Below are positions 1 to 10,005 of a stretch of 64,000 bases of DNA, piece by piece (within the stretch, counting starts at the first letter, position 1; the number at the start of each line of letters is the position of its first letter). The stretch covers positions 25,420 to 89,419 of the forward strand of contig JBBQXF010000003.1 in assembly GCA_038209965.1 (NCBI GenBank), written 5' to 3'. Source of the DNA: Cytophagales bacterium (GTDB taxonomy: Bacteria; Bacteroidota; Bacteroidia; Cytophagales; Thermoflexibacteraceae). The notes under the pieces were generated by a model, which was given only the letters and a program-made list of their open reading frames with translations, made no database searches and was not told the origin of the DNA. A program made the translations under genes and the position numbers.

Positions 1-713
1 TATAATACAAGTAACTCCGCTCCTTGAGCAGCCAAAACAGCAGTAGGTTGTAGAGCAACATGCTTCCCATGACACCGAGGATGACCCAATCCTCGATCCT
101 AGCGCGTTCAACCCAACCGTCAACTTGCGCTTTCGCCTGTAACTGGATTTCCAATTTTGCGGATTGGTACGGGCGGGAAATTCTTAGGTAAAAAACCGAC
201 GAGGTGTTCGCTGATAGGGATACAGCCAAAAAATTATATAAAAGTGGTAAACTCGCCTCAGTAATCAATACATCCGCCCCGTTCTTCTGCCCGGGGCCAG
301 TTTCCCCAACCCGATAGATTGCATTGAGCGTGCTTTGATTGACCTGCAAATAGAACCGTTTTTCTTGGGGGCTCAGGTTTAGCAGCTCCAACCGCAGCCA
401 ATAAGCTCGGCAAGAGTCCGCCAACAGCAAACGGCCCGACTGAAAACGACCTGATCTCGCGAGGCTATCCACTTGTGGAACCCCCAGCCCCACTCCTGCA
501 CTTTCGGGCAGCCATTGGCAGTAAGGAACTAGATCAAAATCCTCGTCCGCGACCAACACCTGTTGCCCGGTGGGCAGGGTGATGCGCACCTGTGACCAAC
601 CCGCTTGGCTGATCAGCAGGATAAAACTCAGCAAAAACAACAACTGGCGGGAGGGCAACAGTTGGGCGTATAGAATTTTCCTGTTCAAAAGGACAGTCGG
701 TTTAATTCGCAAA
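1..713 (-). CDS. Partial N-terminal part of a 7TMR-DISM-type sensor. A signal peptide and extracellular domain are followed by the first TM helix of a 7TM region. The gene continues beyond the window start.
   Basis: Minus-strand translation of 1-713 is open. It reads ...LLFLLSFILLISQAGWSQ (signal-like), then a ~200 aa soluble domain, then WVILGVMGSMLLYNLLLFWLLKERSYLYY, typical of the 7TMR-DISM_7TM N-terminal helix. There is no ATG; the start is a possible TTG near 708-713. Confidence 0.45.
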
Positions 714-772
714 GGTATGCGTGTCTGGATAAAGATGAAACAAGCATTTTTTTAAAATAATATTCTTGGAAT

Positions 773-1387
773 TTGATAACACTGTTGTGGGTTTGTGGTA
801 GAATGAACAGTCAATCTATGATCCCAGCCAATAAAAAACAAAACATCCTTGATGCTATGCTGAATTTGATAGTGGCCAACGGCTTTCATGGTACGCCCAT
901 GTCGTTGGTGGCCAAAGAAGCTGAGGTCGCCGCCAGGACTATCTACCATTATTTCGACAGCAAGGAAGCCATCATCAACGAACTTTATGCAATCCTGAAA
1001 CAGCGCATGGGCCAGACTCTCCTAACCAGTAATCCTGTGAATTTGCATTTTAAAACGCGTTTTTTCATGTTTTGGCGCAACCTTTACCGTTATATTGTGT
1101 AAAATTCCAACTAATTCATCTTTCTGGAACTTTATGCCAATTCTCCTTACATCAGTCAATTAGCTAAAACTGAAAACGCCCAGTTTTACCAGCCCGTGAT
1201 TGATTTTTTGGCCCAAGGCGCTCTAGCGGGTGTGCTGCGCGAGATGGACATCCGCTTGATGGTCGCGCTCATCTGTGGGAGTGTGACGGTGGCGGCCAAG
1301 CTACAGTTGTCGGGCGGGATGGCCCTGACGGAGGCTGATGTAGAGCAGGCCATCCAATCGTGCTGGGACGGGATGCGCCTCAATTAA
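773..1387 (+). pseudogene. TetR/AcrR-family transcriptional regulator interrupted by two in-frame TAA codons (1100-1102 and 1112-1114).
   Basis: N-terminal HTH MSLVAKEAEVAARTIYHYFDSKEAIINELY. The same frame reads straight through the two TAA codons into a TetR C-terminal-like region (…FIFLELYANSPYISQLAKTENAQFYQPVIDFLAQGALAGVLREMDIRLMVALICGSV…). ORFs 773..1102 and 1196..1387 are in one frame. Confidence 0.6.
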
Positions 1388-1486
1388 AGACTTTTTCAAT
1401 CTAAATCCAATGTCCATCAGGCCAAAAGTACTTTGTTTTTTGAATGAACATTCAATCATTTAGTTGTCCATTAATTTCGTTTACGC

Positions 1487-2303
1487 ATGAAAACCATTTT
1501 GATTACCGGCACCTCGAGCGGCATTGGCCGAGCTACTGTCAACTATTTTGCGGCCAAAGGCTGGACCGTGGCCGCCACCATGCGCAGCCTCGAAAAAGAG
1601 ACAGAAATGGGCAAAATCCCCCACGTAAAATTGTTCCGGTTCGATGTGCTGGACGAGGCCGGCACATCGAGCCATTGCCGATACCATCCAAACCTTCGGC
1701 CGGCTGGATGCCATCGTCAACAATGCCGGGTATGGGGCCGTGGGGGCCTTTGAAGCCGCCACGCCCGATCAGATAAGACGTCAATTTGACACCAATGTGT
1801 TTGGCGTAATGAATGTAGTGCCCGCAGTACTCCCCCACTTCCGGGCCAAAAAAGCGGGCACGATCATCAACGTGGCCTCCGCGGGTGGGCGCATCGCTTT
1901 TCCGCTCTACAGCCTGTACCACGGCACTAAATGGGCGGTGGAGGGGTTTAGCGAGGCCCTGCAATTTGAGTTGAACCAGTTCAACGTGCGGGTAAAAATC
2001 AACGAGCCGGGGGCCATCAAGACCGACTTTTATGATCGGTCCCAAGAATTGTTCAAAAAGGCGGGCCTGACCGACTACGATGCCTACCAAGCCCTCACCC
2101 TGCCCAATTTGCAACAGGCAGGCGCTGATGCCCCCGGCCCCAAGGTAGTGGCGCAGGCCATTTACCGGGCCGCCACCGACGGCAGCAAAAAGCTCCACTA
2201 TTCGGTGGGCAGCAACGCCCCCTTGCTCCTGTTCCTGCGCCGGTTGTTGGGCGACACTTGGTTCATGCGCATTGTCCGAGGGGTGGTCGAGAAGAAGAAA
2301 TAA
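1487..2303 (+). pseudogene. Short-chain dehydrogenase/reductase (SDR) with a 1-nt frameshift around 1665-1680.
   Basis: TGTSSGIGRA Rossmann motif in frame 2 (1487..1753). The continuation …AIADTIQTFGRLDAIVNNAGYGAVG…YSLYHGTKWAVEGFSEAL (the SDR catalytic YxxxK region) is in another frame (1644..2303). Confidence 0.7.
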
Positions 2304-2420
2304 CCAGCAAGCCCCCAAGTTTTCACCAGCAACCGGGGCAACGGTTGACTTGGGGGCATAGCCAAAACTACCTTTATACCATAGTCATAACGAAAAAAAA
2401 GTGCAAGCTACCTGCTCATT

Positions 2421-2855
2421 TCACGCGGCCAATGACTCGGTGGCTGTCAGCTGGGCTGCCATTAGCCAATTTTTGGCCAAGGTCTCACTGGCAAAGAAAG
2501 CGAACTGGTAGGGCCTTTCAGATATTTGATCAAATGCAGCCTCGATAGCCACCATAGCGAAAAAATCTTCGGGCTGGACGAGGACTATCTTGCGGATGCC
2601 CAACTCCGCCGCCACTGCCGAGATGACCCGATTGTTCCAAACTTGCACTTCAGGGAAAATGACCTAGCGCATCCCGGTGTTGTCGGCCACCGGTTTTTCG
2701 GTCCCATGTTCACGGGCAAACTGAATGTAGTGCTCAATGGTGGATCGATATTGTTCCACGGTCATGTCAACCGTGCCGGGGAGCCAAGCACAGTGAACTA
2801 TTTTTTCAGCTGGCAGGCTGTTCATGTCAATAAAAGCATCTTCGTGGATTTTCAT
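2421..2855 (-). pseudogene. Small hypothetical protein (STAS/DUF4180-like?) with an in-frame amber codon at 2664-2666.
   Basis: ORFs 2664..2855 and 2421..2648 are in the same frame, separated only by TAG. The combined ~144 aa read coherently (…NTGMR*VIFPEVQVWNNRVISAVAAELGIRKIVLVQPEDFF…). Confidence 0.4.
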
Positions 2856-3131
2856 TTGGGGGGATAACTAAAGCTTAATCGGTTGCGGTGGCTTAAGGAC
2901 TCCGCCAAATTAGTCAGGCGTTGGCTAACGGGCCCACTTCGCGATCAATTCATTGGCCGATCACCCGTTGAGGGCTTTTTTGGCAGTGCCCGACCAGTTC
3001 GCGCCAAGCTTTTGCTTAAAGTGGTCATATTGTCCACTTTTCTTCTATCTTTGACCCACAGATCTTTTGCCTTTTTATCAAAGAACTAGTTCTGCACTTA
3101 AAACCAACTGGGGTTCAATAGGCAAGTAAAT

Positions 3132-3866
3132 ATGCAAAAAATAATTGCAATCGTCAACCACAAAGGGGGCGTGGGCAAATCGACCACCACGCATAACCTG
3201 GGCAGGGCATTGGCCATTATGGGCAGAAAAGTGCTCATCATCGACAATGACCCGCAGGCCAACTTGACCACCTCCACGGGTACGACTGCTCCTGCCAAGT
3301 CGATCTACTCCGCCTTGTGTGAAGATGAGCCGTTGCCCATCCATGCAGTGGCCCAAAATCTCGATCTGGTACCTTCCGAACTAGAATACACCAAGGCCGA
3401 GTATAAGTTGCAGTCCGATATCAAGGGGTATTTCAAAATGCGCAAGGCATTGGAGAAATTGACGGGCTATGATTTTGTGCTCATCGACTGCCCGCCGAGC
3501 TTGGGCATCTTAACGCTCAACGCGCTGATTGCGGCCAATTCGGTGCTAGTGGTGGTGCAAAGCTCTTTCCTGTCGGCCAAGGGACTGCAAACCATCCTCG
3601 ATGTGGTCAAAGATATCAAGGACGACCTCAACCCGCGCCTCGAGGTGGAGGGCTTTCTGCTCACCCAAGCCAACAACACGGTCATCCGGCGCGACATTGC
3701 CGAGTGGGTGCGCGAAAACTACCAAGGCAAGGTGTTCCAAACGTTGATCCGTCAGAATGTGGCCCTGGAAGAAGCTACCGCTAGGGGACAAGATATTTTT
3801 CAATACAATGCCCATTCCAACGGGGCCGAAGATTACCGCAATTTGGCCAAGGAAGTGGCCGGTTGA
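3132..3866 (+). CDS. parA: ParA/Soj/MinD-family partition ATPase.
   Basis: Deviant Walker A KGGVGKST; IIDNDPQANLT; Walker B-like VLIDCPPSLG. Overall ParA family signature, 244 aa. Confidence 0.85.
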   Translation: MQKIIAIVNHKGGVGKSTTTHNLGRALAIMGRKVLIIDNDPQANLTTSTGTTAPAKSIYSALCEDEPLPIHAVAQNLDLVPSELEYTKAEYKLQSDIKGYFKMRKALEKLTGYDFVLIDCPPSLGILTLNALIAANSVLVVVQSSFLSAKGLQTILDVVKDIKDDLNPRLEVEGFLLTQANNTVIRRDIAEWVRENYQGKVFQTLIRQNVALEEATARGQDIFQYNAHSNGAEDYRNLAKEVAG

Positions 3867-3908
3867 GGATTGCCGACCAACGAACGAGTACCCTAACTGG
3901 ATCGCCAA

Positions 3909-4439
3909 ATGGACTTCAATAAACTGAGTAACCAACTGGGCGGCAAGCTGCGGGAAGGCGCAGACAAGCTCCAACAAAAAGGGGGAGAGCTGTTGGCCAA
4001 GATCGACCTCCCGAATTTACAAGAGGCGGGCCTAAATGCAGCCAACGAGTTGGTGGCCGAGTTCAACCAATCACTGCCGCTGATCCCCGAGGCGGGCTAC
4101 CGCTTGCGGGAGTTTGAAGTGGAGCTGGGCCTGCCCCCCAAGGCCAAGGCCCATTTTGAACTCATCGAGACCATCAGCCCCGAAGAGCAAGCAGTCATAT
4201 TGGTCAAGGCCAAGGCCCTGGGCCGCATGAGCGATCTGGTCTTTTCGGCCCTGTTCAAGGCCCACCAATTGCAAAACACCATCAAGCTGGGCAATTTAAA
4301 AATGAAGGAAATCGAGATCGAAATCGGCATCATTCCCTCAGTGATCATCAAGTTCCGGCCCTCCATCCAGTTTATACCCTTGCCGCTGGCCTTGGTGGAG
4401 AACCACCCAGGGGAACTCCCGCTCACTTTGGGGCAATGA
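3909..4439 (+). CDS. Hypothetical 176-aa protein directly downstream of parA. It is a possible ParA partner or adaptor and is not ParB-like.
   Basis: ORF lies 43 bp after parA on the same strand. No recognisable ParB/HTH motif. Two beta-strand-like segments with alternating pattern (EFEVELGLPPKAKAHFELIE / EIEIEIGIIPSVIIKFRPS). Confidence 0.45.
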   Translation: MDFNKLSNQLGGKLREGADKLQQKGGELLAKIDLPNLQEAGLNAANELVAEFNQSLPLIPEAGYRLREFEVELGLPPKAKAHFELIETISPEEQAVILVKAKALGRMSDLVFSALFKAHQLQNTIKLGNLKMKEIEIEIGIIPSVIIKFRPSIQFIPLPLALVENHPGELPLTLGQ

Positions 4440-4769
4440 CCGGGCTACGGCCAGCCAACACCAATGAACCGGGTGAATAATTGCGATCTTTCACCAAAAC
4501 AGCCAAGTTTGCCCTTAGATTTTGATTTATTTGGCTTTTGTTGACCAAATAGGCGCAAATATTGGTGTACACGGGTCGTTGTGCTTGGTTTTATTGATCA
4601 AACTCTTTAAAATATTGCTGAACCATGGGCAAAAGCTGGAGTGTCCGCGCTGGTGGCTAGCCGGTGCAATGTCGGCCCTGCGCCCCGCCAACTGATGGGC
4701 CTTGTCCCACTTTTGCTATATTGGGCTTTTCCGCGCAAATTTGCCCCATTACCTTCTAACCCAGCCCCG

Positions 4770-5963
4770 ATGTTCCCGCTCCTGACCCTGTTGCCCAAAA
4801 AAGATCGCGCAGTGCGTTTTCGCCATCCCTGGATCTTTTCGGGGGCCGTCAAAAAACTTCCAGAAGCCGAAAATGGCGACATTGTGGAGGTGAAAGATGC
4901 TGAGGGCAATTCGTTAGCGCACGGTTTTTTTTCGCCACAGAGCCAGATCATTTGCCGTCTATTTGATTTTGGGGGACTGGACAAAGCCTCAGCCGTGCCC
5001 GATTTTGGGCTGGCCTATTGGATCGCCAAGTTTGGCCGCGCCAAAGCCCTGCGCGAGCGGTTCATCAACCCGGCCACTACCAACTGTTACCGTTTGCTCC
5101 ACGCCGAGGGCGATTTCGCGCCCGGCATCATTGCCGATGTGTATGACCACACGGTGGTGCTGCAAATCTTGATCCGGGGCACGGAGCGGCTCTTGCCCGT
5201 GATCGAGGCCGCGCTGCGCACGATGGGCTATGATCACATTTTCGTCAAGCACAAGAGCAGTTCGCAACACTTGGAGGGCTTGGCCCCCGACAGCCAGTGG
5301 CTGGGCGAGCGGCCCTCTTTGCCGCTGACGGTGCGCGAGCATGGATTACAGTTTTTTGTCAACCCGGAAAAAGGCCAAAAAACAGGCTTTTTTATTGACC
5401 AGCGCGAGAACCGGAAACTGTTGGGGAAATTGTCGGCCGGGCTAAAAGTGCTCAATACGTTCAGCTATACGGCCGGGTTCAGCGTCTATGCGCTGGCAGC
5501 TGGCGCGGCCGAAGTTCACTCGGTTGACATCTCCAAGGATGCCATCGCGATGGGCAACGAAAATGTGGCCCTGAACAGTGGGCCAGCGGCTGGTGCCCAC
5601 GTTAGCATTGTGGCCGACTGCTTCGATTACCTGCGCCAGACCACTGCCCAGTACGACGTGATCGTGCTCGATCCGCCGGCTTTTGCCAAAAATGCCAAGT
5701 CAGTCCCCAATGCCGCCCGAGGCTATAAAGACCTCAACCTCTTGGCATTCCGCAAGGTAACCCCAAGCGGTTTGGTGATGACCTATTCGTGTTCCCAAAA
5801 CATTGACAAAAAGCTGTTCCAGCAGATTGTTTTTTCTGCCGCAGCCGACGCTGGCCGCAACGTGCGGATAGTCCGGCACTTGGATCAGCCCTCCGATCAC
5901 CCCATCAATATTTTTCACCCAGAAAGTGAATATTTGAAAGGGATGTTGCTCTGGGTGGAATAA
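4770..5963 (+). CDS. rlmI: Class I SAM-dependent rRNA (cytosine-C5) methyltransferase, RlmI/RlmK-like, with an N-terminal PUA-like domain.
   Basis: RFRHPWIFSGAV… PUA-like start. FFIDQRENRKLLGKL, VLDPPAFAKN (DPPxF methyltransferase motif), YSCSQ. The ORF track starts at 4641, but a likely ATG is at 4770. Confidence 0.75.
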   Translation: MFPLLTLLPKKDRAVRFRHPWIFSGAVKKLPEAENGDIVEVKDAEGNSLAHGFFSPQSQIICRLFDFGGLDKASAVPDFGLAYWIAKFGRAKALRERFINPATTNCYRLLHAEGDFAPGIIADVYDHTVVLQILIRGTERLLPVIEAALRTMGYDHIFVKHKSSSQHLEGLAPDSQWLGERPSLPLTVREHGLQFFVNPEKGQKTGFFIDQRENRKLLGKLSAGLKVLNTFSYTAGFSVYALAAGAAEVHSVDISKDAIAMGNENVALNSGPAAGAHVSIVADCFDYLRQTTAQYDVIVLDPPAFAKNAKSVPNAARGYKDLNLLAFRKVTPSGLVMTYSCSQNIDKKLFQQIVFSAAADAGRNVRIVRHLDQPSDHPINIFHPESEYLKGMLLWVE

Positions 5964-6009
5964 GACAGGCCAGCCCTAACTAAGGGTGGTCCGTTCACCT
6001 CACAGTCAT

Positions 6010-6768
6010 CTATTCATCGATGCCCAGTTCGCGGAGCTTTTGGGCTAGTCGATCAGCCCGCTGCTGTTCGGCATTAGCACGTCGGTATTCGGCATCGGCC
6101 CGCTGCTGTTCGGCATCGGCCCGCTGCTGTTCGGCATCAGCACGCTCTTTGCCGGTGGGGATCGGTTGGCCCTCGGGAGTGCACCAACGCAGCCACTGGG
6201 CGGCCAAACCCTCATATTCACCGTCCCAAAGCATCAACCCAAGGCCCAATGAAATAAAATTGGTTTGGTCAAATGGCAAATATTTGAGGGAATGATTTTC
6301 GTAGATTCGGAGTTCGTGGCTGCCATAATGTTGGGCAGGGTCATACACCACATAGAAAGGCACGCCCATCTTGGCATATTTATCTAATTTTTCCGTCAGT
6401 TCCATGCCTTTTAAGTTAGACACCACCTCGATCACTACCTCTGGCACTTTGCCATATTGCCAAACGAAATAGGATCGGTTGGGCTTTTCCCAAACGTCGG
6501 TGGGTAGGGAAATGTCCATACTGAGCATGGCATCGGGCACGAGGGCGGGTTCGCGCAGGGCATAAAACAGCCCCACATTGGCAAAAACGGCAAAAGCCCG
6601 TTGCTCGGCGGGTTGCCACGAAGCATAAAGGGACTCGGTGAGCAGGCGTTGCTGCTTTTCAGAAAACAGATTGTCCACGGGTGTGTCGTCCTCGGTCACT
6701 ATGTTTGAATAATCAATCTCAATGACCTCTTCCCCGTTAACTACGGTTTCTATGGCTTTATTTTCCAT
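6010..6768 (-). CDS. Uma2-family (DUF820) putative restriction-endonuclease-like protein with a C-terminal ADAEQQR heptad tandem repeat.
   Basis: Typical Uma2 sequence (…TPVDNLFSEKQQRLLTESLY…VVIEVVS…), 252 aa. The C-terminus is encoded by a 21-bp tandem repeat. Confidence 0.8.
   Translation of the reverse strand: MENKAIETVVNGEEVIEIDYSNIVTEDDTPVDNLFSEKQQRLLTESLYASWQPAEQRAFAVFANVGLFYALREPALVPDAMLSMDISLPTDVWEKPNRSYFVWQYGKVPEVVIEVVSNLKGMELTEKLDKYAKMGVPFYVVYDPAQHYGSHELRIYENHSLKYLPFDQTNFISLGLGLMLWDGEYEGLAAQWLRWCTPEGQPIPTGKERADAEQQRADAEQQRADAEYRRANAEQQRADRLAQKLRELGIDE
6040..6144. repeat. 21-bp tandem repeat (GGCATCGGCCCGCTGCTGTTC, about 4-5 units) inside the Uma2 gene 3' end.
   Basis: Direct reading of 6040-6144 shows consecutive near-identical 21-mers. 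Confidence 0.8.
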
Positions 6769-7012
6769 TTGGTCTCATTATTTCCGCTAATCTACGCCAC
6801 ATTGTTGGGATTACCAACGGTGTTTCCCAGAAATTTCCGGTTCTGCTGCAACGCTAACCTTTGCGGCTGCGTCATGGCAGCAAACGTATAATTGCGCGAG
6901 CAAGCAATACTTTCATCGTCAAATTAATTTTCTCCACTTCATCGTATTTATTTATGAATCTTGCCTAAAAAAGTTTGGAGCCTTCATTGCCCAGCTGGTC
7001 ACTGTTGGCTAC

Positions 7013-8059
7013 TTGCTGTCCGCCTGTGAACCGGTGGCCATTGACCCCCAAAACGGGAGCAACTTGGAAATCAAGCCCGGCCCAGGATCTGGGGACATCG
7101 ATTCGGGAAAGCCTTTTCAAACCCAAGCCACTTTGCGCCTAAACCTTTGCGGGGTGGGCCTTTGGGGAGGGCTGGTACTGGAACTGCCCGACGGGACGAT
7201 CGTTCAGCCGTGGTCGGCAGCGGAGCAGCGCATTGCAGATTTTCCGGCGGTGCCCAATAAGGTAGTCAGCATCGACTTTGAGGAAGTGCCGCGTGATAGC
7301 CGCTACGACACCGTCCCCCCGTGCATGGCCTACAGCCCGCGCGAGGCGCAGATCGCCAAAGTGGTGAAAATCAACCGGATCACAACTGAAAATAGCAGTA
7401 TGGACGTTCCGTCGCCCCATATCATTGATCCAAGGATCATCGGCGGCGGCGATACCAAAATTCCCTTGGAGGCCACGGCCACCTTGCGCCAAAACATTTG
7501 CGGTTTGGGCATCTGGGGCAGCTTGGTGCTCGAGCTCGATAACGGGGACGTGCTGCAACCGTGGGAATTGGCTCCTTCGGCGGTTGGATTGGCCAAAATG
7601 CACCTTGAAAATGGCCAAAAAGTGGTAATCAAGTACCACGAAATGATCCGGGATGGTCAGTATGATTCCGCAGTCACTTGCGCAGCGATCGGGCCTTACG
7701 CCGATCAGATCAATGGCGCAATCAAAATTTACGCCCTCAGTGCCGCTGGTCTGAATGAACCACCAACCAGCAGCAATTATACGATTACCGCCGAAGTGGT
7801 GGATTGGGGATGTGCGGCCTTTGGTGTTTGGCAGGGCATCCAGTTCAAAACTGAAAACGGGGCCTACCTGCAGCCGTGGGAGTTGTTGCCCCGCATTGCC
7901 CCTTCGGCCTTTGCCCTCCAAGCAGGCCAAAAGATCGCATTGGTCTATGTAGTGAAGTCACCTGACAACCGATACAAGGACGTGCAGGTATGCCCCACTT
8001 TAGCGCCACCGCCCGCCACCCAGCCGATTCAGGTGATCGGGCTGCGCATACTGCCCTAG
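7013..8059 (+). CDS. Secreted (lipo)protein made of three ~115-aa internal repeats with a conserved Cys-Gly-x-Gly-hW-G motif. The true start is probably upstream at ATG 6954, across a -1 frameshift in an A6 run.
   Basis: Repeats ATLRLNLCGVGLWGGLVLELPDGTIVQPW / ATLRQNICGLGIWGSLVLELDNGDVLQPW / VDWGCAAFGVWQGIQFKTENGAYLQPW. The upstream same-frame sequence KKFGAFIAQLVTVGYLLSAC is a lipoprotein signal with a lipobox. ATG 6954 (MNLA) is one frame off. Confidence 0.6.
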   Translation: MLSACEPVAIDPQNGSNLEIKPGPGSGDIDSGKPFQTQATLRLNLCGVGLWGGLVLELPDGTIVQPWSAAEQRIADFPAVPNKVVSIDFEEVPRDSRYDTVPPCMAYSPREAQIAKVVKINRITTENSSMDVPSPHIIDPRIIGGGDTKIPLEATATLRQNICGLGIWGSLVLELDNGDVLQPWELAPSAVGLAKMHLENGQKVVIKYHEMIRDGQYDSAVTCAAIGPYADQINGAIKIYALSAAGLNEPPTSSNYTITAEVVDWGCAAFGVWQGIQFKTENGAYLQPWELLPRIAPSAFALQAGQKIALVYVVKSPDNRYKDVQVCPTLAPPPATQPIQVIGLRILP

Positions 8060-8121
8060 CCACTTTCAACCAGCTCTGAAAAGCTAGCCCGCCAGATTTT
8101 ATCGAACGGGATCATTAGGTC

Positions 8122-8160
8122 GCCAGCCCGCCAGATCTCGATCTGGCGGGGCTTTTTTTG
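8122..8160 (+). terminator. Rho-independent terminator after the repeat lipoprotein gene.
   Basis: GCCCGCCAGATC-tc-GATCTGGCGGGGC hairpin followed by TTTTTTTG. Confidence 0.55.
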
Positions 8161-8780
8161 TTACCAAACGCGCGAACCCGTGGTAATCAGGGCTTGAGGG
8201 TGGAGAACAATGGGAAACTTTTCAGGCTCATATCCACTGCCCTGAAAATATGATCTGCCATTTGACCGGGCGGTTTGGGAATGGATTAGCCGGAATACTA
8301 AAATTATCTACGGCAGTAACAAACAGATTATGTTGATTGGAAGTAGTAGCAATTCTACGGAGGCATTGCAAGCTAAAAAACAGAAAACCGGTAAATCGAA
8401 ACACTCTTTGGTGCTGGTAATCAACTGGTTTTGATCGGAGCCGCTGTCGTCGTGGCTAAGCCTGCGGTAGAGGATCGTACCCGTTTGACCAATGTAAATA
8501 AAGCAAAATGAACTTGCCATCCATCTAGGTTCCTCTCGGCCAACGAAACAGGGTCAAGTAGTAGGTTGGGCTGGTATATTGTCCGAGAAATAGTCCGAAA
8601 CTGGGGGAACCAACAAGTTTATACCTAACTTGATCCAAATACGATTCTTTCGCTTTGGTCGCCCAATTTTGCTCCAGGAAATCCAATTTTAATTATCGAT
8701 CCTGAAATACCGAACGTTGGAGGTAGATTCGTTCGTTAAATTTGGGTTGCTAGTTCGCTGCTTCTGCCACTTTCCCCCTG

Positions 8781-9536
8781 CTATTTTGCAAAGTCCACGA
8801 AAATGAATTTAAGTCCGGCGGTCAATAACACCAAAAACAAACAATAAGTAATAATTCGGTTGTTAAACTTCGCCGTCCCAAAATGGGAACCAATAAATCC
8901 ACCCAGTAGCACCGCCACCACCCAATAGAAGATATTGCCGTCAATTTTGTTGAGTGAAGAAAAGTGCCCGGCCAAACCAGCTAGTGAATTGCACAATATA
9001 AACAAGGCGGCTATTCCCGAAGCCTTTTTCACTGTTGTCCAGTTTGCCATGATGATGATCGGGGAAAGGAAAATCCCGCCGCCAACACCAATCAGCCCTG
9101 AAACCAGCCCAATGACCGCCCCCAGGCCAAGTCCCCAATACAAGGGCATTGTTCCATTGGCGGCAGTTGGTGCTTTCAGGTATTCTTTGACAATGAGCAA
9201 CATTGCTGAAACAACTAGAAATAAACCCGCCAGAAGTTTGAAATATTGTGGGCCGATCGCGAGATAGCCGCCCAAAAAAGCCATTGGAAACGCGGTGATG
9301 ATAAATGATAGAAATATCTTTCGGTCAAAATAACCGGCTTTGATAAACTTATAGGTTGCAATACTCGCTACTAAAATGTTCAAAACGAGTGAAGTGGGCT
9401 TAATGGCCACTGGCGCAAATGACAACAGGGCCATAATGGCAAGGTAGCCCGAAGCACCCGCGTGGCCAATAGAAGAATAAAGCGCGGCAACGAGAAAAAA
9501 GAGGCTAAAGGTGAGGATCAATAAAGTAATAGTCAT
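8781..9536 (-). CDS. TauE/SafE-family sulfite/anion exporter membrane protein.
   Basis: Multi-TM protein with the TauE-type motifs …SIGHAGASGYLAIMALL… and a repeated GxGGG segment (GLIGVGGGIFLSPII). Likely start MTITLL at 9536. Confidence 0.75.
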   Translation of the reverse strand: MTITLLILTFSLFFLVAALYSSIGHAGASGYLAIMALLSFAPVAIKPTSLVLNILVASIATYKFIKAGYFDRKIFLSFIITAFPMAFLGGYLAIGPQYFKLLAGLFLVVSAMLLIVKEYLKAPTAANGTMPLYWGLGLGAVIGLVSGLIGVGGGIFLSPIIIMANWTTVKKASGIAALFILCNSLAGLAGHFSSLNKIDGNIFYWVVAVLLGGFIGSHFGTAKFNNRIITYCLFLVLLTAGLKFIFVDFAK

Positions 9537-10005
9537 TAAATGGTGTTTGAGGGGCAAAAATAGCAAATAAGGCTCCAATTGTGATTTGCCAACTACAGAC
9601 GGTCATTTCCCTAGTTCTATTTTCGGATCGCACTACCTGATGAACCGAAGTTGAAATGCATACCTAGCCTAAAACGGCTGAGCAAAATTAATCTTCTGTT
9701 CACTGAAAAAAATCATTGAAAATCAATGCGTACAAAGTTTTTGATTGCTCGAATTACTTGCATCTGGTTGTACTACTTCTACCGCTTGATCAACGCGCTG
9801 GTGATTGGTAATGGGCGGGTTGGTGTTACGTGATAGCTAGTGAAAACGATTAGGGCTATTTGGGGAACGGCCAAAGGGCAGTGAATGGACTGCCCTTTGG
9901 CCGAGATGTGCGATTGCGGCCTGTCAAGCCCACTAACCACGGTTACTTTCTTTTTTTAAAAGCACTAATAATTATCGGTTTGAAATGACTGAAAAGCAAC
10001 CGCCT

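Noticed and set aside
1539-2318. 259-aa minus-strand ORF overlapping the SDR gene.
   Set aside because: It is antisense to a gene with clear SDR motifs. Gly/Ala/Pro-rich composition is typical of spurious ORFs in GC-rich DNA.
1100-2666. Idea that in-frame TAA/TAG/TGA codons reflect a reassigned genetic code or programmed readthrough.
   Set aside because: All three stop types are involved, and TAA clearly terminates intact neighbouring genes (for example the SDR at 2301-2303). Independent pseudogenisation is more parsimonious.
7139-7930. 263-aa minus-strand ORF inside the three-repeat lipoprotein gene.
   Set aside because: Antisense overlap. No motifs. Arg/Gly-rich low complexity.
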